DNA from: an uncultured Propionibacteriaceae bacterium
GTDB taxonomy: Bacteria > Actinomycetota > Actinomycetes > Propionibacteriales > Propionibacteriaceae
Length of the DNA: 64,000 nucleotides
Assembly: GCA_964421325.1 (NCBI GenBank)
Contig: CAYQXH010000002.1
Coordinates: 6,159-70,158 of the forward strand
Reading direction: 5' to 3'
Under the pieces are notes generated by a model. That model did not search any database, was not told where the DNA came from, and saw only the letters and a list, made by a program, of their open reading frames with translations. The position numbers and the translations under genes were made by a program. Shown here one piece after another: positions 1 to 9,053 of the stretch; the first letter of the stretch is position 1; each line of letters begins with the position of its first letter.

Positions 1-206
1 GCGCACATCATCGCCGAGGCTGCGGGAAGCAGGCTGGCAGGACGGCAGGCGCGGTTCAACACGGACGTCAAACTAGTCGGGGCGTCGGGGCCGGCGCAAA
101 TCCGGGCCCGGCCCGGAATGCGGGCCGGACCAGACCGCGCCCGGACAGCACTGAGCCGCCACGCCGGACGGTCGGAACCGGCCAGGTGGCGGCTGCGAGC
201 CGGGAT

Positions 207-227
207 CGGGACCGCCTCGCGGTCCCG
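207..227 (-). terminator. GC hairpin downstream of the GPGG mini-gene
   Basis: CGGGACCGC-CTC-GCGGTCCCG perfect 9-bp stem, ~30 nt after the stop; no clear U-tract. Confidence 0.45.
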
Positions 228-255
228 TCAAGCTCCTGCCCTACATCACATCAAG

Positions 256-399
256 TCACGTGAAGATGCTCACGCCGCCCGGGCCGACCAACAGGCCCAG
301 CACGATCAGGACGATGCCCCAAACCATCTGCTTACGGACCAGGGCGAAGATCCCGCTGATGACCAGAATGGCCGCGATAATCCACAACAGGGTTCCCAT
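256..399 (-). CDS. GPGG-motif small membrane protein (47 aa), missed by ORF track
   Basis: Translates MGTLLWIIAAILVISGIFALVRKQMVWGIVLIVLGLLVGPGGVSIFT*; two TM helices, C-terminal GPGG, GGAAGGA RBS. Confidence 0.85.
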   Translation of the reverse strand: MGTLLWIIAAILVISGIFALVRKQMVWGIVLIVLGLLVGPGGVSIFT

Positions 400-581
400 G
401 ACGAATTCCTTCCCGGGGCGCCAATGCGCCCACCCTCCCGTATGGCAGCCAAGGTGGAGGCTGCATCAACAGAGATACCCACCCGACGAGGAATCAGACA
501 TCGGTGAAGCAACTACCACCGCCGCCAAGCACCGAGAATGGATACGCAACCCAGGCAATGCGCATCGGCGAGGTGGTGATG

Positions 582-1490
582 ATGGAACCTTTGGTGAGCA
601 TCATTGTGCCGGCGCTGAATGTGGCCCGGTTCCTGCCCCGATGCCTCGACTCGCTGCTGGCGCAGGACCACCGTCCGCTGGAGATCATCGTGGTCGACGA
701 CGGCTCGGCCGACGGCACCGGAGCGGTCCTGCGGCGCTATGCCGAGCTGCATCCCGAGGTCCGGGCCATCAGCCAGCAACACCGCGGAATCGGCCCGGCC
801 AGGAATGCAGCCCTGCGCGTTGCCAGTGGCGCGTACATCGCAATGGTGGACGCAGACGACTGGGTGGAGCCGGATTTCATCAGTGACCTGGTCGACACAG
901 CGAGGTCAGCCAATGCCGAGGTGGTTGTCGGCAACTTCACCTTCGATTTCTGGGGCCTGCGGGTGGCCTTCCCGTTCCTGCCGAAGCGTCAGGTCCTCAC
1001 CGGCCTCCAGGCCGCCCGGATGACCCTGCACCTGACCCAATTCCCGGCCTTCGCCTGGAACAAGCTTTACCGGCGAGAACTGTTCGATGCCGCTGCCGAG
1101 ACCTTTCCGTGCATTTACTACGAGGATCTGGCCACGACTCCCCTGATCCTGTCCCGGGCAAGTGAGGTGGCGATCGTCCGCAAGACCTACTACCACTACT
1201 GCCTGCGCGGCGACAGCATCACCGGCGATTTCCGGGTGAAGAACGTGTTCTCGTTCGCAGCGGCCATCGACATCCTGCGGCGCGACTTGCACCGGAACGG
1301 ACGTTGGGAGGCCTGGCGACCCAGCTACCGCAGGCTGCTGCGGGAAGCCCTCGTACTGGTCACGATCCAGGTGCTGCTCCAACCCAACCGGATTCCGCTG
1401 CGGTCCCGGGGCCCACTGCTGCTGCGTTACGCCCGGCGGCTGCGGGACCTGTCCCGACCGCCGGGCCACGGCGGGCGCCGGCGAGGTTGA
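582..1490 (+). CDS. Glycosyltransferase family 2
   Basis: PLVSIIVPALN, IIVVDDGSAD, ARNAAL, VDADD, WNKLYRR, YEDL motifs; GAGGTGG RBS. Confidence 0.9.
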   Translation: MEPLVSIIVPALNVARFLPRCLDSLLAQDHRPLEIIVVDDGSADGTGAVLRRYAELHPEVRAISQQHRGIGPARNAALRVASGAYIAMVDADDWVEPDFISDLVDTARSANAEVVVGNFTFDFWGLRVAFPFLPKRQVLTGLQAARMTLHLTQFPAFAWNKLYRRELFDAAAETFPCIYYEDLATTPLILSRASEVAIVRKTYYHYCLRGDSITGDFRVKNVFSFAAAIDILRRDLHRNGRWEAWRPSYRRLLREALVLVTIQVLLQPNRIPLRSRGPLLLRYARRLRDLSRPPGHGGRRRG

Positions 1491-1732
1491 GGCGGTGTGC
1501 CGGCTGGCTCTTCAACCGGCACACCTGGCCCGACTGGCGCCCGGGCGCAAGCCGTTCGTGTAGTTACCGTACCCACTGTTCCCGGCCGCTGCGCCGACCT
1601 CCACAGCGCCCGTCGGCCTACCGGCGAGCAGGTCGGCAAAATTCATCATTCCGGTCGTACTTGCTTGTCACGCTGCGATCCCGGCAGGGGCGCCACCGTC
1701 GGCCGGTCCCGCCGGCGCGGTCCCCGCCGCCG

Positions 1733-2467
1733 TCAGCGCTGGCGGATCCGGGGCAGCCTACTGGTCAGGCTCACCTCTGCGGCGATGTCACGCAGCCGCC
1801 GGTTCAGGCTCTGGCTCGCGTTCACCAACCGGTCGAACGCCTCGGACTGCGTCCAGCGGCGTTGCGCCATCAGGATCCCCATCGCCACCCCGATCTCCCG
1901 GTTGCTCTCCAGCGCCCGCTCCAGCCGGATGACCTTGTCCTCGCTCGTCCGGTTGACCAGAACCAGGGAGGCGTAGGAGGCGAAGATCGCAGCGAGCGCG
2001 AGCTGATCAGGGTCGAACGCGGCCGGTCGCCGGGAGTAGAGGCTCAGGGCTGCCCGGTCGTCCGCGGAGAGGAACAGGCGGGTGCTCAGCATCGACCGGA
2101 CGCCCAGCTCTGCGGCGCGCGGGGCGAACCGGGGGTACCGCCCATCCAGGGCCAGGTCCGCCACGTGCACCTGGTCACTCACGGTGAGGGCCGCCACGCA
2201 GGGTCCCTCGCCGAGGGTGTACTGCAGTGCGTCCACCCGGATCGGGAGTTCGCCGGTGGCTGCGACCGTCTCCGGCTGGCCGCCGCTTCTCGCCAGGGTG
2301 ATCGCTGCGTGATCGGCTCCGGCGATCGCCGTGCGGGCATAGTCGAGCACCGGATCGATCTCAAGGTTGCGGCGCCCCTCGACCATGCTGCGCACCAGTT
2401 CCTGGAACTGGCCGGCCATCACCTCCAGCGCCGAGGTCGAGCTCTCACCACTGCTCGAACCGGTCAT
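1733..2467 (-). CDS. GAF and ANTAR domain protein
   Basis: DALQYTLGEGPCVAA GAF motif; ALESNREIGVAMGILM...AFDRLVNASQSLNRRLRDIA ANTAR; start uncertain (2506/2467/2420). Confidence 0.88.
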   Translation of the reverse strand: MTGSSSGESSTSALEVMAGQFQELVRSMVEGRRNLEIDPVLDYARTAIAGADHAAITLARSGGQPETVAATGELPIRVDALQYTLGEGPCVAALTVSDQVHVADLALDGRYPRFAPRAAELGVRSMLSTRLFLSADDRAALSLYSRRPAAFDPDQLALAAIFASYASLVLVNRTSEDKVIRLERALESNREIGVAMGILMAQRRWTQSEAFDRLVNASQSLNRRLRDIAAEVSLTSRLPRIRQR

Positions 2468-2657
2468 GGAAGGCCTTCTGTCGGAAGCGACCAGTCTATG
2501 ACTCACCCGCCGGAACGGACGAGAACGCAGCTGTCCGGAGCCGGCTGGTCGGGCCCTTGGCCATCCGGTTTGCCCGGGGCCGCCACAGGCGGGTCGAACG
2601 CGGGGAACCCGTTCTGGCCGAAATCGCAGGGTGCGCGGTCAGCGGTGGGTACTGACG

Positions 2658-2959
2658 ATGGGGAACCGAACCACAGGAAGCAGGCGAGATGAGCAGGGAC
2701 GCAACGACCCCGGGCCGACCATCTCCCGCAGGGTGGACGCTCCGGCCGAGGCGGTGTGGTCGGTGCTGGCCGACGGGTGGTCCTACGCCAACTGGGTGGT
2801 CGGCGCTGCCCGGGTCCGCGACGTGGATCCCGGATGGCCGGCGCAGGGCGCCTGCTGATCGCCCCCCGCAACCGGGAGGCACTGCACCGGCTCGCCCTGC
2901 TGGCCGAGGGCCACCACCGGCGCGACGGCGAACCGCGCGTCGCCGAGCAGCCCGGCTGA
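2658..2959 (+). pseudogene. SRPBCC family gene with internal out-of-frame deletion
   Basis: N-part VDAPAEAVWSVLADGWSYANWVVGAARVRDVDPGWP stops at 2858; typical C-terminal helix LLIAPRNREALHRLALLAE follows directly in another frame; middle of the domain absent. Confidence 0.75.
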
Positions 2960-2988
2960 CCAGCCTGGACGGCCTCGACCCGACGGGC

Positions 2989-4596
2989 TCAGTCCCGAAG
3001 GACCCGGTCCCAGGCCGTGCGCACCAGGGCGGCGTGGACGGCACCGAGTGTGCCGTTCGCCCGCAGGGCCGATCTGGCGGCGTTCCACCCGCAGGCACCG
3101 TGGACGCCACCGCCCGGGTGAGCCGAGGCACTGGCCAGGAAGAGGCCGGCGATCGGTGTCTCGGGGCGGCCCAGGCCGGGGGTCGGCCGGAACACCAGCT
3201 CCTGGTGGAGGGCTGAGGTCCCGGCGTTGAGGGCGCCCAGGTCGAGGCTGGCGTTGGCGCCCTCCAGATCCAGCGGCGACTGCACCTGCCGAGCCTGCAC
3301 CAGGCCGCCGAAACCGGGGGCGGCCCGCTCCACAGCGGCCTCCACCCGCTCCACGTGGGCGATCACGGCTTCGGCGTCCCCGGCGTACCGGCGTGGCAGG
3401 TGGGTGTAGGCCCAGGCCGACTCGGTCCCGGCAGGCGACCGGGTGGGATCCGCAGTGGTCATCTGGCCGAACAGGATGAACGGCCGGGTCGGCATCCGCT
3501 GGACGCTGAGGTCGGCGGCGAAGTCCACGAAGCCGTCCAGGTCCACCCCCAGGTGCACGGTGCCGGCCGCTCGCGCGCCTTCGGCCAGCCACGGCACCGG
3601 GCCGCCGAGCGCCCAGTTGAGCTTCAGCGTCGCGCTGTCCCAGTGGAAGTCGGCGACGTCCCTGCGGAACCGCTCGGGCATGGACACCTTGGCCAGCAGC
3701 TGGGTGTACAGCGCGGGTGCCGTCACATCGGCGAGGATGGCGCGCGCGGCCGTGATGACGGATCCGTCCGCCAGCCGGACGCCGTACGCCCGCCGCGACC
3801 GCACCAGCACCTCGACCACCCGCGCATCGGTCCGCACCTCGGCGCCAAGGGACCTCGCCCGAGCGCACAACGAGCCGGAGAGCACGCCCGCCCCGCCCTT
3901 CGGCACCGGGAAACCGACGTCCTGCGCGAGCATGCTCAGCAGCCAACCGAACATCCCGCTGCCGGCACCGTCGGGAGGCACGTCGGCATGCATGGCGTTC
4001 CCGGTGAGCAGCAGCCGGCCGCCGGCACCGCGGAACGTCTCCTCCCCCAACCGGCGGACCGGCGTGACCGCCAGCCTGGCCAGCCGCAGGGCGCCGGCGG
4101 TCTTCAGCACGCGCAGCAGGCGCAGGCCGGCCGCCACCGGTGGGAACGGGGTGAACAGCGCGCTCAGGACGTCGTCGCGGACCCGCTGCCACTGGGAGAA
4201 GAGCTCCAGCCAGGCCGCACCGTCGCCGGCGGCGAAGGTGTCGAGTCCTGCCGCCGTGCGGGCGGGGTCGCGGTGCAGCACCGCTGCCCGGCCGTCGTCC
4301 AGCTGGTGGGCGAGGACCGCTGGGGCCTGCACCCACTCCAGGCCGTGCTGCTCCAGCTCCAGGTCCCGGATCAGGGGGCTGGCTACAGCCAGGGGGTAGA
4401 ACGCGCTGAACAGGTCGGTGATGTAGCCCTCGGCAGTCACCTCTGCGCTCCGTACCGCGCCGCCGACCTCGGACTGCGCCTCCAGCAGAATCACGTCCCA
4501 GCCGGCATCCACCAGGGCGTTCGCTGCGACCAGGCCGTTCGGCCCGGCCCCGATCACGATGGCGTCACAGCTGGCTGCCCGCGGGTTGTCGTCCAT
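2989..4596 (-). CDS. NAD(P)/FAD-dependent oxidoreductase, phytoene dehydrogenase-like (COG1233)
   Basis: DAIVIGAGPNGLVAA, EAQSEVGGAVRS, C-terminal GLFLASASAHPGGGVHGACG. Confidence 0.9.
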   Translation of the reverse strand: MDDNPRAASCDAIVIGAGPNGLVAANALVDAGWDVILLEAQSEVGGAVRSAEVTAEGYITDLFSAFYPLAVASPLIRDLELEQHGLEWVQAPAVLAHQLDDGRAAVLHRDPARTAAGLDTFAAGDGAAWLELFSQWQRVRDDVLSALFTPFPPVAAGLRLLRVLKTAGALRLARLAVTPVRRLGEETFRGAGGRLLLTGNAMHADVPPDGAGSGMFGWLLSMLAQDVGFPVPKGGAGVLSGSLCARARSLGAEVRTDARVVEVLVRSRRAYGVRLADGSVITAARAILADVTAPALYTQLLAKVSMPERFRRDVADFHWDSATLKLNWALGGPVPWLAEGARAAGTVHLGVDLDGFVDFAADLSVQRMPTRPFILFGQMTTADPTRSPAGTESAWAYTHLPRRYAGDAEAVIAHVERVEAAVERAAPGFGGLVQARQVQSPLDLEGANASLDLGALNAGTSALHQELVFRPTPGLGRPETPIAGLFLASASAHPGGGVHGACGWNAARSALRANGTLGAVHAALVRTAWDRVLRD

Positions 4597-4729
4597 GCCG
4601 TCCACTTACCCACAACCGGAGCCGGACCGCAACGGCCCCCCTGGCACTGCCCCGGCCGCCGGCCAGTGCGTACATCCTCGACCGCCAGGCCGGGGCCCGG
4701 CTCCGTTCCGCCGACCTACGCTCACGAAC

Positions 4730-6160
4730 ATGGACGATCCGACGACTCTCGTGGTGCTCGGTGCCGGCGGGGACCTGAGCGCCCGGCTGCTGCTCCCTGC
4801 GCTCGGCCAGCTGCTCACGGTTGAGCCCGAGCGCCGGTTGCGGCTCCTCGGGGTCGGGATCGAGTCGTACGGCCGGGACGCGTGGCGTGAGCGGGTGCGG
4901 GCGGCCTTCCTGGCCGGGGATGCGTCCGGGGACGCCGTCGAGGCACTGCTCGAGACCACGGAATTCCTCACTGCCGACGTGAGCTCCGCCGACGAGCTGC
5001 GGCGGGTGCTGGACGTCGCCGACCCGCACACCGCGATCTACTTCGCCCTGCCACCAGCCGTGACGCTCGCTGCCTGCGAGGCGCTGGAGCGGACCGGGGT
5101 GCCGGCCGGGACGGTTCTCGCCATCGAGAAGCCGTTCGGCACTGACGAGGCCTCGGCCGCGGCACTGAATGAGCTGCTGCTGCGGATCGTCCCGGAGCGG
5201 CAGGTCCACCGCGTCGACCACTTCCTCGGCCGCACCACGGTGCTGAACCTCCTGGGCGTGCGGTTCGCCAACCGCGTCTTCGAGCCGATCTGGAACGCAG
5301 AGCACATCGAGCGGGTGGACATCGTCTACGACGAGCAGCTCGCCCTGGAGAATCGGGCCGGCTACTACGACCGCGCCGGCGCGCTGGTTGACATGATCCA
5401 GAGCCACCTGCTGCAGGTGCTCGCGCTGTTCGCCATGGAGCCGCCCTCCACCGTCGGCGAGGCCGACCTCCGTGATGCCAAGGGGCTCGTCCTGCGGGCG
5501 ACCCGGCCATGGCAGGGCGACCCGGCCGCAGCGTCGAGGCGGGCCCGCTACACCGCCGGCACGATCGGGGACCGCGACCTCCCCGGCTACCTGCAGGAGG
5601 AGGGGGTCGACGAGGCCAACGACACCGAGACCCTGGCCGAGGTGGACCTGGAGGTGGCTACCTGGCGCTGGTCCGGGGTCCCGTTCACCCTGCGCTCGGG
5701 CAAGGCCATCGGCAGGCGACGCCGGGAGATCATGGTGACCTTCCGCGAGGCTGCGCGGGTGCCGGCCGGCCTCGAGGGAGTGTCGCCCCCGAACGTGCTG
5801 CACCTGGCGCTGGTCCCGGACCGGATGTCACTGGAGCTCAACATGAACGGCCCGGGCGATCCGAACACGATCAGCCGCGAGGTCCTCGAGGCCGACCTCG
5901 ACCCGGGTCGGCTACGAGCCTATGGCGAGGTGCTCAGCGGCATCCTGGACGGTGATCCGTCGCTGTCCATCCGCGGCGACACCGCCGAGCAGTGCTGGCG
6001 CATCGTCGACCCGGTGCTACGGGCCTGGCGAGCGGGCGGGGTGCCGATGCTCGACTACCCCGCCGGGTCCGTCGGGCCGGGCAGCTGGCGAACCAGCCAC
6101 GACATCGGCCTGAAGCCCATCTCCGAGGCCGCCGAACAGCTCATCGAGCGCAAGGGCTGA
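4730..6160 (+). CDS. zwf: Glucose-6-phosphate 1-dehydrogenase
   Basis: LGAGGDL, YFALPP, IEKPFG, RVDHFLG, DMIQSHLLQ, WSGVPFTLRSGK. Confidence 0.93.
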   Translation: MDDPTTLVVLGAGGDLSARLLLPALGQLLTVEPERRLRLLGVGIESYGRDAWRERVRAAFLAGDASGDAVEALLETTEFLTADVSSADELRRVLDVADPHTAIYFALPPAVTLAACEALERTGVPAGTVLAIEKPFGTDEASAAALNELLLRIVPERQVHRVDHFLGRTTVLNLLGVRFANRVFEPIWNAEHIERVDIVYDEQLALENRAGYYDRAGALVDMIQSHLLQVLALFAMEPPSTVGEADLRDAKGLVLRATRPWQGDPAAASRRARYTAGTIGDRDLPGYLQEEGVDEANDTETLAEVDLEVATWRWSGVPFTLRSGKAIGRRRREIMVTFREAARVPAGLEGVSPPNVLHLALVPDRMSLELNMNGPGDPNTISREVLEADLDPGRLRAYGEVLSGILDGDPSLSIRGDTAEQCWRIVDPVLRAWRAGGVPMLDYPAGSVGPGSWRTSHDIGLKPISEAAEQLIERKG

Positions 6161-6197
6161 TCGCTCCACCCACACTCCTGCCGCCGACGACGCGCGC

Positions 6198-6246
6198 CTT
6201 AGCATCGCTAGGGATGCTTGTTTGGCATCCCTAGCGATGCTAAGCT
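6198..6246 (+). promoter_or_regulatory. Perfect 20-bp inverted repeat enclosing a sigma70-type promoter
   Basis: CTTAGCATCGCTAGGGATGC-ttgtttg-GCATCCCTAGCGATGCTAAG; -35 TTGTTT 6218-6223, 17-nt spacer, extended -10 TGcTAAGCT 6238-6246. Confidence 0.7.
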
Positions 6247-6277
6247 CGCCGGAGTCGAGAAGCAGAAGGAGGCTGGA

Positions 6278-6409
6278 ATGGCTGTAGCGCTGGGGGCGAT
6301 CAGAGGATTCCTCCACCTCTTCACCGACGATTGGCTGCAGGACGCCGACTCGCCGCGCCACGTGGTGACCATCCTCGACGTGCTCGAGCCACGCGACCCG
6401 CAAGGCTGA
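6278..6409 (+). CDS. Hypothetical 43-aa protein
   Basis: Strong AAGGAGG RBS before ATG; high GC3; lies just downstream of the predicted promoter. Confidence 0.55.
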   Translation: MAVALGAIRGFLHLFTDDWLQDADSPRHVVTILDVLEPRDPQG

Positions 6410-6443
6410 AGCCAGCGCCGGTGACAACAGTAGGGTTCGGCCT

Positions 6444-6656
6444 GTGTTGACGACCTCGCAGGCCGCAGCCCTGGTGGGGCTCCCCAAGGACCAGTTCCGC
6501 TCCGCCATGTCCAAGGAGCGCAAGAACGGCAAGGAGTTCCACGAACCCAGGGACCGTTGGTTGGACGCCCGGACGCCCATGTGGAACGAGAAGAAGGTGC
6601 TCGCTTGGGCGAAGGCCCGCAAGAAGCGCAAGAAGCGGAAGAAGGAGGCCGACTGA
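6444..6656 (+). CDS. Small AlpA/excisionase-like winged-HTH protein with lysine-rich tail
   Basis: LTTSQAAALVGL helix, DARTPMWNEKKVLAW wing, KKRKKRKK tail; strong codon bias. Confidence 0.7.
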   Translation: MLTTSQAAALVGLPKDQFRSAMSKERKNGKEFHEPRDRWLDARTPMWNEKKVLAWAKARKKRKKRKKEAD

Positions 6657-7001
6657 CGTCGGCGCCGGGAGCCGCGGACCATCCGCAACAGCTCGTCGCG
6701 CCGCCCCTTCGCCAACCCGCTCACCACGACCGCACCCTCCTGGATTCCGGGCGCGAGGCGGGTGCGAGCGGCTTGCAGATGCCCGCGGCAGATGCGAAAG
6801 TGATGATGCGTCGCTATCCGTTGGTGCCAGGTTTCGAATCGCTGAATCCGGTCTTCTACAGAGTGCGTCTGGACTGGAGGAGCCGGTGGACACACCGATC
6901 AGGACTGGGAGCCCCCACGGCGAGGATTCGCCGGGCCGGCCCGACGGCTCAGTGTCCCCGACCGACGCCAGGGCCTCCGCTCGGCAGGGCTGGACAGCCT
7001 G

Positions 7002-7991
7002 ATGGACGCAGCCTCACTCCGTCCACTGACCTCGTCGCTGAGCGAAGGGGTGGTGATCTTCGACAAGGACGGGCTGACGCTCGATCTCAACCGGGCCTTC
7101 TCCGACCTGGTCGGTTTCAACATCGCCAAAGGCCCACTGCGTGCGCCCTACCCCTGGTGGCCGACAGCTGAGGAGGATGCTGAGGTCCGCGAAGAGCTGG
7201 AGCAGCTGCACCAGCGAACCTGCGCCGGCGAGGACTTCACCTTCGAGACCACGTTCTACGACAACAACCGCAGGCCCGTCCCGGTGTCGCTCACCGCAGG
7301 TCCGATCGGGGGCGGCCAGGCCGGTGGGGCCGCCCGCTTCGAAGTGGTCAGCAGCCTCAAGGCGGCAAGGAACGCTCGGGCCAGGCGCGCAGCGGCTGCG
7401 GAAGTCAGCAAGGACCTGGCGAGCATCGACGACCTGGACACCCTGCTCGGGGTGGCAGAGCACGGCTTCTCGCTGCTCTTCGACGGGGGCAGCACGATCC
7501 AGGTCGGGGTCGGTGAGAAGGCTCGCTGGTTCAGTGCCGGCGCCCCGCTCATGGCCGAGAGCCTCACAGCGGAGGTGGCGGCCGGCCTCGGCGGCGAGCC
7601 GAGCCCGGACACGACCAGCCTGCGCCCCGGCATCCTCCTGGCGCCGCAGTCCAGCGTGGAGGGCTGCCGGGCGTGGATCCAGTTCACCCCGCCGCGACGG
7701 ATCAGCGCGGACGAGATGATCGTCGCCGACCTGTTCGCTCAGGCCTTCTCGATGGCGGTGGACCGCCTGGTCCAGGCAGAGCGCGCCGCTGACCGTGAGA
7801 CCCAGCTGCAGCGGGCGGTGGAGAGCCACCGCCTGATCGGGGAGGCCGTCGGGATCCTGGTCGAGCGGCACCGGTGTCTGCCCAGCGAGGCGTTCGCACG
7901 ACTCCGGTTGGCCAGCCAGAACCGCAACGTGAAACTGCGCGATGTCGCCGCACACGTCATCGAGACCGGCCTCGATCCCGACGAGGCCTGA
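7002..7991 (+). CDS. PAS and ANTAR domain protein
   Basis: EGVVIFDKDG...NRAFSDLVG...PYPWWP PAS; AVESHRLIGEAVGILVERH...AFARLRLASQNRNVKLRDVA ANTAR. Confidence 0.88.
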   Translation: MDAASLRPLTSSLSEGVVIFDKDGLTLDLNRAFSDLVGFNIAKGPLRAPYPWWPTAEEDAEVREELEQLHQRTCAGEDFTFETTFYDNNRRPVPVSLTAGPIGGGQAGGAARFEVVSSLKAARNARARRAAAAEVSKDLASIDDLDTLLGVAEHGFSLLFDGGSTIQVGVGEKARWFSAGAPLMAESLTAEVAAGLGGEPSPDTTSLRPGILLAPQSSVEGCRAWIQFTPPRRISADEMIVADLFAQAFSMAVDRLVQAERAADRETQLQRAVESHRLIGEAVGILVERHRCLPSEAFARLRLASQNRNVKLRDVAAHVIETGLDPDEA

Positions 7992-8022
7992 GCAGGGCGC
8001 CGGCCGGGACCGCCGGGGCGTG

Positions 8023-8340
8023 CTACCCCGGCGTCTCGTCGTGGGGAGCTCCGACCTGCTTGGACTCCGGCGAGCCCCGCTGGCGCAGGAAGACGGCGAA
8101 GATGGCCATCGAACCCACAGCCAGCATCTCCGACTGCCAGTTCTCGGTGAGGTCGACGGCGAAGGCCGAGGAGGTCAGGTACCGCAGCATGCCGATCTCG
8201 GCGAGGCCGGCAACGCGCGCTTCCTCGTTGTAGCCGGCCAGCCCGACGAACGCCTGGCCCACGACTGAGGCGAGCAGCAGCAGGCCGAACACGATCGAGA
8301 GCGAGTTGTCGCGCAGTGCTGAGCTGGGTGAGCGGCTCAT
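8023..8340 (-). CDS. DUF6766 family membrane protein, apparently collapsed to one repeat
   Basis: RDNSLSIVFG, ENWQSE, LRQRGSPESK motifs; 105 aa, about half the usual two-repeat length as recalled. Confidence 0.75.
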   Translation of the reverse strand: MSRSPSSALRDNSLSIVFGLLLLASVVGQAFVGLAGYNEEARVAGLAEIGMLRYLTSSAFAVDLTENWQSEMLAVGSMAIFAVFLRQRGSPESKQVGAPHDETPG

Positions 8341-8429
8341 CTGCCGGCCACCCCGATGCAGAACGCCGCGACGAGCACCACCGAGACCATCGACAGGTAG
8401 GCCCAGAACAACACCTTGGCAAGGGTCAC
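8337..8429 (-). CDS. 30-aa single-TM protein translationally coupled to DUF6766 (missed by ORF track)
   Basis: MTLAKVLFWAYLSMVSVVLVAAFCIGVAGR*; GTGA and ATGA overlaps on both sides; GAGGTGG RBS. Confidence 0.65.
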   Translation of the reverse strand: MTLAKVLFWAYLSMVSVVLVAAFCIGVAGR

Positions 8430-8668
8430 GGCTCCACCTCGCACTCGTAGGGCTCGGCCGGATCGGGGTCGGTCCGGTGGCAACCGGCGGCGGTCACCAA
8501 CCAGCCCTGCGGGAACCTGGCCAGGAACACCACCTGGCCGGCCAGCCGCACCTGGGCGCTCTCACCGGCGACCTCGACCCGCTGGACGGCACCGTCGGCA
8601 GCGGTTGCAGGCCCGGCGAGGGCTGAAGCGCAGTCCTTGCCGCTGAGCCGTTCCAGTTTGGGGCTGCA
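8426..8668 (-). pseudogene. C-terminal remnant of a conserved actinobacterial (lipo)protein
   Basis: Frame reads LERLSGKDCASALAG...VQRVEVAGESAQVRLAGQVVFLARFPQGWLVTAAGCHRTDPDPAEPYECEVEP*; in-frame TGA upstream, no signal peptide. Confidence 0.65.
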
Positions 8669-8700
8669 TCAAGGTGGTGCTGCACCCGTGACCGGGCGCC

Positions 8701-8775
8701 GCACAAAAGGGGACAGTCCCCTTTCGTGCCGTTTCGCGCCGGCTCCGCACGAAAGGGGACTGTCCCCTTTTGTGC
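8701..8775. repeat. REP-like inverted pair of palindromic units
   Basis: GCACAAAAGGGGACAGTCCCCTTTCGTGC (8701-8729) and its exact reverse complement (8747-8775). Confidence 0.9.
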
Positions 8776-8849
8776 CGGCCCCGGTGGAGGCGCTCGGCTG
8801 CAGAAATGCCGGACGACGCACAAGTAACCAGCGGTGCCCGTGATTGCAC

Positions 8850-8876
8850 GGGGTTGGGAATGCGATTCCGGGGTAG
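8850..8876 (+). promoter_or_regulatory. SigF/SigB-like promoter candidate for the 9054-11205 operon
   Basis: GGGGTT-N15-GGGTAG; further GGGTAT at 8901 (+) and 8926-8931 (-). Confidence 0.4.
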
Positions 8877-9053
8877 CGGACACCAGATTCAGCCGGATTC
8901 GGGTATGTGGCCCCGGCTAGCGGCAATACCCATTCCTGCCTCGTCAATCTACGAAGTCTTGCCCAGTTACCGGGGTCCCGCCGGCGGCTATTGGCCCCTT
9001 GTCCCTAACGGATGATTATCACCACGCTGCCGGGCAGCGGGACAGGAGCAGCA

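Noticed and set aside
6444-6656. HTH gene as the excisionase of an integrated element
   Set aside because: No integrase, att repeat or tRNA target in the window; kept only as a small regulator
6760-6900. Lower-GC leader as a riboswitch or ANTAR target RNA
   Set aside because: No recognisable conserved aptamer or dual hexaloop found by eye
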